Below, piece after piece: positions 1 to 14,675 of a DNA stretch of 64,000 nt (positions within the stretch are counted from its first letter, which is position 1; every line of letters starts with the position of its first letter). This DNA is from Marsupella aquatica (lineage: Eukaryota > Plantae > Marchantiophyta). The stretch lies in contig OZ316895.1 in assembly GCA_973895155.1 (NCBI GenBank), forward strand, positions 16,126,816 through 16,190,815. Direction: 5' to 3'. The notes beneath the pieces were generated by a model. That model worked only from the letters and a program-made list of their open reading frames with translations, was not told the origin of the DNA and did not search any database. The position numbers and the translations under genes were made by a program.

Positions 1-16
1 GTGGGTTCATTACCAG

Positions 17-3323
<3,307 letters not shown>

Positions 3324-6275
3324 GCTTAATTGCTACTTGTATAATGTTTATGATCTGTGCCCTCCTACTGTACAGTTCACATAGTTCCCACGGGATGGGC
3401 ATTTTCCCACTTCATTAATAACCTATTCTTCTGTGTTCAGTCCACATTACTCATTGTGATGCTGGTCTGTCCTAGTTAGAGCCATACAAAGTTGATTGCA
3501 GAGTATAAGAAGCCTCTCTATTGTATTTGGCCACATCTTTTGATGAATTATAGGTAAAGCGGCATCCTTGTGCTACGCTCCCCCGCCGCACCCCCCCCCC
3601 CCCCACCTTTCAGGCTTATTATGGTAGGAGCCAGGAATTTTGTTCGTTATCTTAGGTCTCATGAATTTGGAAGCATGTCATCCTTGCCCTACTCCTCCGA
3701 TATTGGTGGGAGGGTATACCACCGAGCAATGTGTCTGGAGAAAGTAGAGCATACGTCTTTAAAGTAGATTGTTCAAATGAATAGATTCTGTGAGTACACA
3801 ATTCTGCAATTCAAGAAATAATTACTGGTGGTAACCAATTGTCATCGTCTTCGTAGCGGACAGAAGGGTAGGTACTTAATGGTCGTGCTGAATTGTCCCT
3901 GAATGTCACTATCTTGCAAACCTTTGAAATTGGCGCCTACACATTCATTGGTTTCAAAGATTAGTTTCAGTTCCGTTTCGAGCATTAGATTTTGGATACA
4001 TGTGTGGCTACGCAATTGAGGTTTGTGCGCTTGAAGACTTACCCAACCTCACTTGGATTACCTTTTCCAGTCGTCGGAAGTTAAAATTTTTGGAGGTCTC
4101 CTAGCTCCTGTATTTATTGGTTTTTGCATTTTGGGGTCTGCAGGCCAAGGAATGGTTGCTCAAAGTAAGAAAAGTGTTTCCCAGCCTAACTATTGAAGAT
4201 TTACACCCACCTGCCCCCCATTAGCAAGTGTATGGATGTTTAGTCGATGCAGCACCAGGACTATCCGGAAGGTCGACCACCCATCCACTTTACATTGACG
4301 ATCCAAAAGAGTATCTCGTGGGATTTGCTATGATTGCACCAAACTCATTGCTCTTGGCTTGATGGGGACTTGGGATGGATGTTTCTGAAGTCCCCAGCTT
4401 CCAGGTAACAGAACTTTGATTCTTATATTTTAGACGCACTCACTCGTACTAACGGTGGAAATACTCTTAGTCGCCTCACAGGGACAGGACTTAGTGCGCC
4501 AGCGGAGCCTCATAGTAGTCCTTGAGCATTTCGTGAACCGCGCAAAATGACAGCCTCTATCTTTGATTGCAAAACACATCTCCATTGGAAGCATACTCTT
4601 CACACGTCCAGTATGGTACAACAACAAGCAATAGCTTATCACCCCAAAAGGTACACAACAAGAAGACACCCAATGCATCTCCACATAATCATTCATTCTT
4701 ACAAACCATCCAAGTTGATTTCTTTTAAATTTTTTATACAAAAATACTGTACGTTTTTCAGCGTAGCATCTAACCCCAGAGGGGTCTGCTTTGACACTAA
4801 AGTGCTGTTCTGGTAAGCCAGCCTCAGTTAATAACGCGCGATTCAAACATGGGAGCGTCTCCAGCATTCCCCGAAGTATTTGCACTTTAAGAGGTGATGT
4901 ATTCTCCCCAGTACGGATGGGAAAATTAAAAGATTGACAAGTAAATAAAGGGTTGAAAGCCTCCTGATCCTGTGTAACTATGGAAACGGACCCCAGGCTA
5001 TACCAAATGGAGCAGCCTAGGATACCAGCGTATTGAGGGGGACTTCAAACGGATCCAATAAAACCGTACAAGAACTCGAAGGGCTACACATACCGACAAT
5101 TACCTTTGATGGGTGCCTTGTGAACACTGTCAACTGTTGGACCTCGAACTAGAGACAGCTACGGAACAGTCTTACAAGTTGTTGAGATGATAGCCTCTGA
5201 GCGACCTAACTGAGAATTTTAATGCATTGCATTATGTGTCGCGATTGCAATCCCATTTCACCCGCCACATGAAGGACAAATCCGGTTTTGTCAGCACCAG
5301 CGCAGAAATCTATCATGAAATTTGTGCAGGGGTTCCTCAAAAACCACATAAAAACCAAATGAAACGCTCTTACAATACGCTGCTTACGCGTGATTCTGCA
5401 AGAGATCTGTGTCGGCAATGCAATCCCACACCACTCATTCGTTAATTAGTGCAGGTACCTTCAACAAACAAAACGGGGCCAGCTCAAACGTTTCATGGAA
5501 ATCTTTAAAGAACGTCCTGAAGATGTTCGGCTTGGTAATAAGCGTCTTAGAAGTGGAGCGTCAATTTTATTTTGTTTGTTTATTTTTATCACAAACAATT
5601 CCACTGGAGAAAAGTCCATTCAGGTCAGATACTCTCGTACACATTGTTCTCAACTCTTCGCATAAAACGTCTCACAACTTTCGAGAAAACATAAACAAAT
5701 TATGGTGATACAGTAGGGTGCCAAGTATCAACGAACAGGCCTCCTCAATATAGTACAAAATGTGGGCCACAGCAATAGCAACTGAAATCCTCTCAGTACA
5801 GTCCGAACTACTCTGGCGGGAGTTAGCCTGATCAGTCACATGTAAGGTACATAAACATTCTCCATCAAATAGCTGCTTGATGCGATGGCTAAGGTTCCAA
5901 CAGCCAAATGAGTTTCCAAAGAGAGGCGATGTACCAACACATAAATTGCATGCTTCTGAGTAATTGCATGCTTCTGAGTAAGTTATACAAGAGCCAGAAA
6001 GGAGTAGAAGAAAAAGTTGTCCCAGACGCACCCTCCGCTGGTAAGCCTGTCTAGTTCCACTAGACACCGTCAATTCGTGACAGAAAGCAATCTCACTTGA
6101 TAATCTGTACACGAATTGCCGGAGCTTGCACCCTTCACCGACGGCAAGACCACATTGCCGTAGTCTACAGTCCGCGCCAGGTTTTTCCTTCCAAGCTGGA
6201 ATCATCAGCTAATAAGCTTCTGAATTTTCGTCACATCTGCAAGAGTCAAAACCTAATTTGGACGAATAAATCCCA

Positions 6276-7277
6276 CTATTGCCCATCTTTGTTCTGCTCA
6301 AATCGACTTGGCGTGGTGATGCCCGACATGCAGCAGAGGCCAGAAATCAGGATGATAAGGAGAGTTAATCCCACCAACAGGCCTTCAAGAATTGTCGCTT
6401 TGGTTTGGCAAACTTCGTTGCAGTACTCCTCGCCTTCATATACTACCGACCCGAGCTGACGTCCCCTGGGTCTGACAGGCAAAGCCTTCTCGCCAGAAAG
6501 GTCCGTGGTGTACAAAGCAACATAGCGGGTACTCCAATCATCCAATCCCAAAAGCACTTCATCCAAAGTCTCACCTTCAGCCAGGTGCATCGAGCCTCCC
6601 CGGGACCTCTCCAATTCAGAGCTCCCACAGACAACCACGAGATCTACTTTTCCCGCTAGTCTCGTCGTCATTCTGGTAGGCAGATACTTCTGCAGAGTGC
6701 TCAGGGACAACCTCTTCGTATGTGGTGTATCCTTATTCGCACACGATTCAGTGGTAAGGACCTCCCCAAGCCTGGATTCGCCGTTCTCCACACCTTCCAC
6801 GATTTCCCTAACTAGGGCATCGGCCACGCTGGCTCCATCCCTAGGCAGTGCGACATACGGGAGCGAGAGGGATGAATTCGACGACGTCACAACCCTGTCG
6901 AGCACTCGAAGGATATCAGATGATGACTCCCTCCTCGTTGCTCCCGCGACGCGTCTGATGTCCCCCGACCGCAGCTTCGTCCCGACGAACACCATCACGA
7001 CATCCAAATTGATCTCCTCCTGCTGAACAGCAACATCCTCGTCCTTCTGCCGCACGAACAAGTCCTTCACCTTCTCCACGAGATCCTTCGACGAGAGCGT
7101 CTGATAGCTGATGGCCCTCGGGAGACTGCTGTCGAGCTTTCTATGGTTGGACCAGGCGAACGCGGGGACGAGGGCTGGAATGGCGAGAGACGGAAGGGAC
7201 GACACAGATGTAGCGACCGTGACTAGCAGAACCACCACCAGGATTGGCAGCGTCAAAACGACCCTGCTCATCTCCAT
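6276..7277 (-). CDS. Intronless Ac45/VOA1-like V-ATPase accessory type I membrane protein (plant At3g13410-like family)
   Basis: ATG at 7277; hydrophobic signal peptide followed by PAFAWS; C-terminal CNEVCQTKATILEGLLVGLTLLIILISGLCCMSGITTPSRFE matches the Ac45-VOA1 TM motif (TPxRFE). Confidence 0.82.
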   Translation of the reverse strand: MEMSRVVLTLPILVVVLLVTVATSVSSLPSLAIPALVPAFAWSNHRKLDSSLPRAISYQTLSSKDLVEKVKDLFVRQKDEDVAVQQEEINLDVVMVFVGTKLRSGDIRRVAGATRRESSSDILRVLDRVVTSSNSSLSLPYVALPRDGASVADALVREIVEGVENGESRLGEVLTTESCANKDTPHTKRLSLSTLQKYLPTRMTTRLAGKVDLVVVCGSSELERSRGGSMHLAEGETLDEVLLGLDDWSTRYVALYTTDLSGEKALPVRPRGRQLGSVVYEGEEYCNEVCQTKATILEGLLVGLTLLIILISGLCCMSGITTPSRFEQNKDGQ

Positions 7278-7688
7278 GGCTGCTCGCTCGAGGGATTGAT
7301 TGTTCCTACACAACCCAGCAACCTCGATGGACGAAAATCGAGCAGCGCAGTAGGTGGATCGATAGGTTTCCTACACGACGAAGCAATGTCGAAGGACCAC
7401 CGCAAATGGATGTAAATCCGAGACAGCACGGTGAGTAGATCGATCGAAAGAACAGGAGAGGGTTATTCGTTGGCACGAGCTTTGCTTCGATCAAACTGGA
7501 GCGGACTGCGGAGGGTTGGGTTCGGGAGAGGAGAGGAGAGGAGAGGGATGGGACGACGCGACTCGAGAGGCTTCTACAGGAGGGCCTTTGAGCTCGTAAG
7601 CACTTCGTGTACTGTACCTTTTTTCTTTGTATTTCTATGCATGGTCATTACCCATTATGGGGTGTCAAACCTTTTTCTTTGTATAGGG

Positions 7689-7938
7689 TAATGCAGGTCT
7701 GGGCGCAGGGTTATTAGGCTGTAACCTTGCCGGTTATTAGGCTGTAACCTTGCCTTCCTAATGCGTTCCTAATATGAAAAGAAACTGACCTGCGGCAGGA
7801 GCAGGTTAGAGTCCATAACCCCAGCCCAGACTTGCATTAGGCTGTAACCTTGCGTTCCTAATGCATTCCTAATATGAAAAGAAACTGACCTGTGGCAGGA
7901 GCAGGTTAGAGTCTATAACCCCAGCCCAGACTTGCACT
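7689..7938. repeat. 100-bp tandem duplication with a ~25-bp inverted repeat (small TIR element remnant)
   Basis: ttaggctgtaaccttgc...cccagacttgca at 7737 and 7837; taatgcaggtctgggcgcagggtta (7689) is approximately the reverse complement of taaccccagcccagacttgcatta. Confidence 0.7.
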
Positions 7939-8144
7939 AGCATACGTAACTCCTGCCCAGAAAGATGTTACCGGCTAGACTTTTCAGAACAGCAGATTAT
8001 GACTATGGCAGGCCCCTGCAGAAATGGTTACACACCGGTAACCTCGTCTCCTGACAGGAATGACGTATTTTAATGCATGGTCATGATCCATTATGGGGTG
8101 TCAAACCTCATAAAGGAGGAGTTAGGGGGGCAAGGACATAAAAC

Positions 8145-8455
8145 TCTTTTATGGTCAACTCTTTATAGGCTACTAATACAAGCTCCCTAAGACTCTTATG
8201 TCCCAGTAGTTTTCAAGACTTTTCTGATGGCTAAACTTTGACACTCACATAACTCTTTATAGGCTACTACATACAATCTCCCTAAGATTCTTATGTCCCA
8301 GAAGTTTTCAAGACTTTTCTTATGGCTAAACTTTGACAAGCACATACCCTTTACAGGCTACTAAATACACTCTTCCTAAGAATCTTATGTCCCATAAGTT
8401 GTCAAGACTTTTCTTCTGGCTAAACGTTGACACGCACTATTGTGGGGTGTCAAAT
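8145..8455. repeat. ~94-bp tandem repeat, 3 copies
   Basis: ctctttataggctact...ctaagactcttatgtcccag..gttttcaagacttttct...ggctaaactttgaca recurs near 8157, 8251, 8347. Confidence 0.85.
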
Positions 8456-10022
8456 TAATGCCACAATTGAAGTCTTATGGTTATAAATTTTGGGCATACT
8501 GTAGGATCAAAATGGACAGCGTGACATCTCCAAGACTTGCAACATAGCACACAAGTACATTAATGACACAATGATATGTGGTTAACCTCTTCCCGACTAC
8601 GTCCAAGACTGCACCAAGAGCTTCACTATGAACACAAAATGTACATGACCATAACTCCATGGTCCAAGCCTCTCTCTTGTTCTGACACACACCAGTTCTC
8701 AACTGTCTACTAAGTGTTCTCTCTCCATGGGATACAAAAAGGGTTATCCTTTTATGAAGAGTCTAGTTAACTAGTGTTAACTCTGGTTAACTTACTCTAG
8801 TTAACCTAGCCAAGGTTGAGTCAAAATCCTCACACATACAAGCCTGAATGCGCATTCTTTGACTGACGCTAGAGTGATAAACAAAAATCAGCTTGCATGA
8901 TCATCATTTTGACATACCATACATCCCATTCTTGTCTCAATCTACATACATTTGATGGGGCCACGAAGTTCTGGTCTAGAGGCTTTGCTCTAGAAGCCTA
9001 GACCCCAACTCTAGCTTCTGTTTGTAAATTAGTAGTAAGGTGATCCTCAGTGGGCATGTATATAAGTAATGGGGCATGTATACAGGTAGCCCATAAAGTT
9101 TCTCCTGTCCATAAAACCAGTTTTTGACCCTGGCCATACCTCACTTACAGCCGTGTTTTGACATGCCCTATTGGGCATCTTAACACTCGGCCATATCAAA
9201 ATAACGTCTTTGACAAGAAAAGTCCTTGGGCTCAACATTGAACCAATAACCGTGACAAAGTTTCGATTACGTTAGCCGGAAATCCAGACATTTGCAATTG
9301 AAGGCATGTGGGCTTTGTGCCTGACGTAGTGATGGCTATTGCACTGGAGGTGGAGGTTTACCGAGAATGATGGAAGAAGGGTATATGCCATGAGATTGAG
9401 GTGAGGCCATACTTATGCCTTATGGGGCAGTTCATTGCTACCTCCCCTCATTTTTTAACTTCTTGACTTGGTCCCATAAGCTCAGTTACATGATGGACTG
9501 TAAAATTGTAAATTTCAGCCATAGCCCAACTTTGAGCGCCCTATTAGAGTTAAACCGCCACTGTCCACCAGGTTAGGGAAGGAAAAACTAGTGCACTTTA
9601 TTGAGAACATTGTTGACTGTTTTTAGTAACCAATATCCACTAGGTTTTGCTTTGGGGACAATGACAGTTTAACTCCCTCTAAACCCACACTCTCAAGGAC
9701 AACTGATCTGGTGTGCACTAAACCAGGTGTTGCATTCCTTGATAAGTGCACACCCTCTACAAAGAGCTTTTATCAATAAGTGTGTATGAACGACATTGCT
9801 TTGTTACATATGTAATGCCCCCTTCTGTCAATGCCCAGCCTCGTACCTCATATCCCTTCCCTCAATTCTTTGCCCAAACTCCCTAAGTGCATTTTTAGCT
9901 CTACTAGGAATGGGCATGCATGTATTGGTAAATGCAATTAATGATACATAGGGTTGTGTGTTTACCAGAGCAAATACACACGTATGGAGGGTTAGTGCTT
10001 ATTAAGCTGTGGTTTAGCAAAA

Positions 10023-10542
10023 TGATTTCAGGCCCATATGTACTTAAAAAATATGCGCAAAAAGCACTAAGCTGTGAAAACTGCAAGTGAAGAACATGAT
10101 ATCCTTCTTTTAACCGGTTATTGTGTTTATGGAGTGAGTGCTTAGACAAAGCCAAAACTTTTAGCTTAGGTTTTTATTAGATGCTAGGTTATGCCTCTAA
10201 TATAATCTATTTACTTTCATATTACTAGGTAGTCTTTGGCACACTAGGATAGCACTTGTTTGAGTTCCAAGTTCCCATAGACTATGAGAGGGGGTATGCC
10301 CAAGGGGAAACACAAACATTTACTCACACTTGAAGGTTCCCTCTTTAGGTGAAGGAGTGAGGAGAAGCTCTAGCATGTTGGCTATGGAAAGTGTAATTCG
10401 GTTCGTATTACTTGATTTCTCTTACAGCCGTAGACATAGCCCGGACGGGGTGAACCACATACTTTCAATGTCATTGTCGATGGATGTTTGTTTGTGAACA
10501 TGTGTTGACACTATCTCATTTGGTCTAGATTTTATCCCAACA
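10023..10542 (+). mobile_element. Probable solo LTR (Copia-like)
   Basis: Starts TG, ends tttatcccaaCA, flanked by CAAAA on both sides (10018-10022, 10543-10547); contains ccgtagacatagcc...ggtgaaccac, a motif typical of plant Copia LTRs. Confidence 0.55.
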
Positions 10543-12654
10543 CAAAATTGAGCCCCCCCCCCCCCCCCCTAGGGTAATCCAAACTGATGGACCTCGCCAC
10601 CCAACACCGTCACCAAATTCAGCAGTCTAGGCCAAGTATTTTGAGAGTCCAAGCGCCAACACAAAACTCATTGAGCAAGTAACCCCTGCCTCTATCACCA
10701 CTAGCGGCAAACTCTCATACAAAGTCACACCTGCTCTTTAGCACGGCCGTTGCTTAACACCCCTATTGTCTGCAAAAGCAACCAAAAAACTAAACGGGTA
10801 AGTCATCCGCCTAGATCTTGAATCTCAAGACCGTTGTCTTGCCTCAAGCTCAACAATCATTAGTAAGTAGGTGAGTGAATGGAACCTATCAGGGTATCAC
10901 ATCCTTGTCAAAAACTGAAGCTAAGGTTGGTATCTATTGTTTGTCCATAAATAGTTCCTCTGCCAGGTGTTACCTGAGCTTCCCAAGTTTTTATCCATGA
11001 CTAGCTGACCACCCTGCCTCTAGCACAGCCCATGGCCCAATTAGTTAGCTCATTCCCAATGCCGGACCAGCCCGGTCCCAACACTATTTTGTATATTAAA
11101 TATATAATTTTATATATACACCTGGTCAAATAGTGGGAGACTTGTCAATTATCTAATGCAACTTTGAAAGCAAAAGTATATCTCTTGCACTATGGCTTGA
11201 ACTAAACACCTCTAATTTGTTTAAACAATATTGAATGGCACAACGTCACATGACATCAAGGTACAATTAGCAATCAACAAACAATTAAGATGTTCACCCC
11301 ATTTGGGCCACATCCACGGCCGAGAGAAGAATCACTATGAATAATCCCAGTACATTCATCATAGGCTGGCAAGCTCACAACCTACTCCATGATATTTCTT
11401 GCTTATCCTTCGCAGTCTCTCACTCCTGAAATTGATATTTAAGTATGAGCATAACAAAGTGCTCTCACAAAGATATACCCTCTCTCCACTAGTGTAACAT
11501 CAGCAGCCCTTAATTATGATTAAGTTGCGCTCTAGTTAACCTAATGATGCACTAAAGTGAAGGACTAATGTTACTGGATGGCCTTTAACCATTATCCTAG
11601 AGTTCAACTTTGCTAACATGCTTAAAATTGTTCATTGAAAACACACGTTTTTCTTTCTAGTCTCAACAAATGTCCACTAACTAATCAAGTCCCAAAATGA
11701 GCATGCTATAATTTGACATATTAATGGCAAATGATGCAAAGTGGTGATCCAAATCTACTGGGAAAGGGTGATTCTTGTAAAACTCAATGCTCTTTGTGAT
11801 TTTTCACATCAAAATTTTCAGGGCATGATGGGAAAAGAATACCCTCTCAAAACTTGGATCAGCTCGTTAGGTAGATTTTCTTCTACTTTTGTTAAAACAA
11901 GTACGAATACAAATCTCTTAGCCCTTTAAATATATCACCTTGCTCGTACAAGAGCATTAAGGGCAATAAATACCCCCTCAAAACTTGGGCTGACCATTTT
12001 GCTTTTGGGGGCATTATAGCCCATGGTACCTGAAAACAGGCTGTGAACAGGACTTTATTTACAACTATAATGCCCAATCCTGTCGAAATTTTTGTCCGTC
12101 GTCTGTTTACAAAAACACTTATGGGTGGGAATGATCAGTAGCCTTTGAATTTTTTTTTGCACCTTTTCCCTGACTGTTCAATGCGATAGGGGTGAGGCAG
12201 GGGCACTTTGTTCTGACATTGGGCCTGACGCACGCACTATGCCTGCCCACGCCCCCTGAGATACGTGTGAGGTACCCTCCCTCATAATTATGCCACGACC
12301 ACGGCTGCCAGGCCCTCGACTCCTGGGCTCTTGGGGCCGGTACACCCTGCTGCCCACAACTCCCTCCCTCATAAGTGACATTGTGCAGGAGAGGAGCCGG
12401 TTATCAATGCTGACCAGTGCCCAAGACTCCTGCCAGCCCTTGCCTTCCCTCACTCGATGCCATTGTGCAATGCACAGGCATGGCACTCTGAATATATACC
12501 TAGTGCACTTTGGAGCTGGAAAATTACCAGAAGACACTGAACTTCAAAAATTTGTGGCACGTTAAAGTTGGAAAGTTTCGAACTTCAAAGTTGGAAATTT
12601 ACATGTGAATGCCCTTTCTATGAATGTTCAAGCCCGCCAACTTTAGCAGAGTCA

Positions 12655-12930
12655 CTGTGTCCCACATCGCTGACAACTCAACTTCACTTATGCCAACTTT
12701 GTCCCAAATCAATGACAACTCAACTTCACTTATGCCCCCGGAGTCTTGGTCTAGAGTATCTACTCTACATAGTAGGCCCTAAAGAGTAGTTTTTGGTCTA
12801 CAGTATTCACTCTAAATAACAGGCCCAGAAGAGTAGTTCACTCTTACAGAATTCACTCTAGACAATAGACACAAACAATACGCCCTGCAGATAATTTGGG
12901 GTCTATAGTATTCACTCTAGACAGTAGGCC
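12655..12930. repeat. Short degenerate tandem repeats (42-bp duplication; ~45-bp agtattcactctagacagtaggcc units)
   Basis: tgacaactcaacttcacttatgcc twice; ttcactcta-containing units recur about 4 times. Confidence 0.6.
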
Positions 12931-14675
12931 ATTACTCAGTTGTGATTATAGACAGTAGTTAGATACCCCTTCAACTGTTCTAGTGAGAGCAAGTGTATAA
13001 CCCGTATAACCCCCTTGTTTACAGTCCTGGGCAGAAAATAACAGAACCATATGGGACAAACAGGAGGGGTGTTTTGGTAATTTTGTGAGCTTACAAGGCA
13101 TTTCGGTATATTGAGAATAGACTTATCACTAAAATAATGATTCTCATGAATGTACTTGTTTTGAAAAGATTTGAGTTCCTTTTCTGTATTGCTTTGGTTA
13201 CCAAAACTGCGTTCGTGTTACTCTTTGTAAGAAAACGCCGAGCAAACTGGCATGATTTCGGTTAGATTATCTTCGCAAAACCCTAGAAATTGCACTAAGA
13301 CAGACAACGTTTGTAAAATAAACAAAAACTTCCCGGAGCCCAGAAACCTGGCTTACAATGGGTTAATTTTACTGCCAATGCAGTTTGTCAGTTCATACCA
13401 AGGACTTCTTGCTGGGAGGGTCAGGCTGGTTGTCACATTTGAAGCTCTTGAGAAACCCCCCAAAGCACCCAAGATGACTGGTAAGTTCTCTGGAGGAGTG
13501 ATGCATGCAACAAGTTGTTAATCACTCACCTTTCAAACCCAGAATCTGCCCTGAATCGTCCAAAAATTGTCCAAACCCTTCAGGTCGCTCTCGTTTGGCG
13601 AATTGCGCCTAAACCCACCTCATGCGTGTGGGAGGAAGAAAATCAAACGAGAAATCTAATAGTTTGGAAATGATTCATCTCATGAAGAAGACTTGATCTT
13701 GTCATGCAATTGCCCTACCTTCGTTTGTCACGAGCTATCACAAATCCAAAGCCTGTGCCCTTTTGCAGATTTCGACAAAGCTTATGTACAAGAACTACAA
13801 CTGGGCTCGCATCTCTGGAATCATGAATGATGCCCGTACCAACTCTTCTAGATCGCAAGATTGAGTACTTCACAGAATCTTCATAGTACAGCACCACGAA
13901 TATACCTCCGGAGAGCACTCGTCACGATAGGTATGGTGCTGAGCGAAGGGTGCAAGCATTAATTGTATTCTAAAGGAATCAGCGATCAGGGCTTCAATTT
14001 ACTTTATTGATAATTCAGAGCAGCTACACATGTCAACACTAAATCTAAGTCCCTTTCAGAAAGTGGCACAAACAGGTCTCCAACTTGTAAATCAGATTTC
14101 TAACATTTACGGCATATTGTTAACCAACCACAACAAAACGACGCGACTTTACAGTCATAATTGCTCAGGGAGTAGCACTACCGAATAACAGACTAAAATA
14201 TAGACTTCCATGGCATGGACCCACTCAAATGGAGACTACAGAACACCTAACTATAACTTCAAGAGTGGATGGACCCCAAGCTATGGATACCGCCCGCATA
14301 TATCACTCAAAATTTCCAACTTCTCTCGGTGCTTCTACCTAGCTTGCACATCTCATACTGTGGCTTCTGATAGCTACAATTAAGTAGGCTGTTTGACTTA
14401 CCTGAGACCTAAAAGGACTTCGTCAATCAGGACTGGTATCCGACATTTTACAGTCTTCTTGAAAGAAGTTCCTCAATTTAGGACTCAAGTTCAACAGGCT
14501 GGACTGTGGACCGCACCAGATCACCTCTTGCCCAGAACTGCGTCCAACTACTGTGCTGCGTAACCTCACCCCCTCTATTTGCACTTACCTATCACCTAGT
14601 CATAGATGAAATTTTCTGCTGTATGTAAGCGCCACCTGACTGGTATTGACTTTCCATGTGAGGGTCGCCCGCGCC

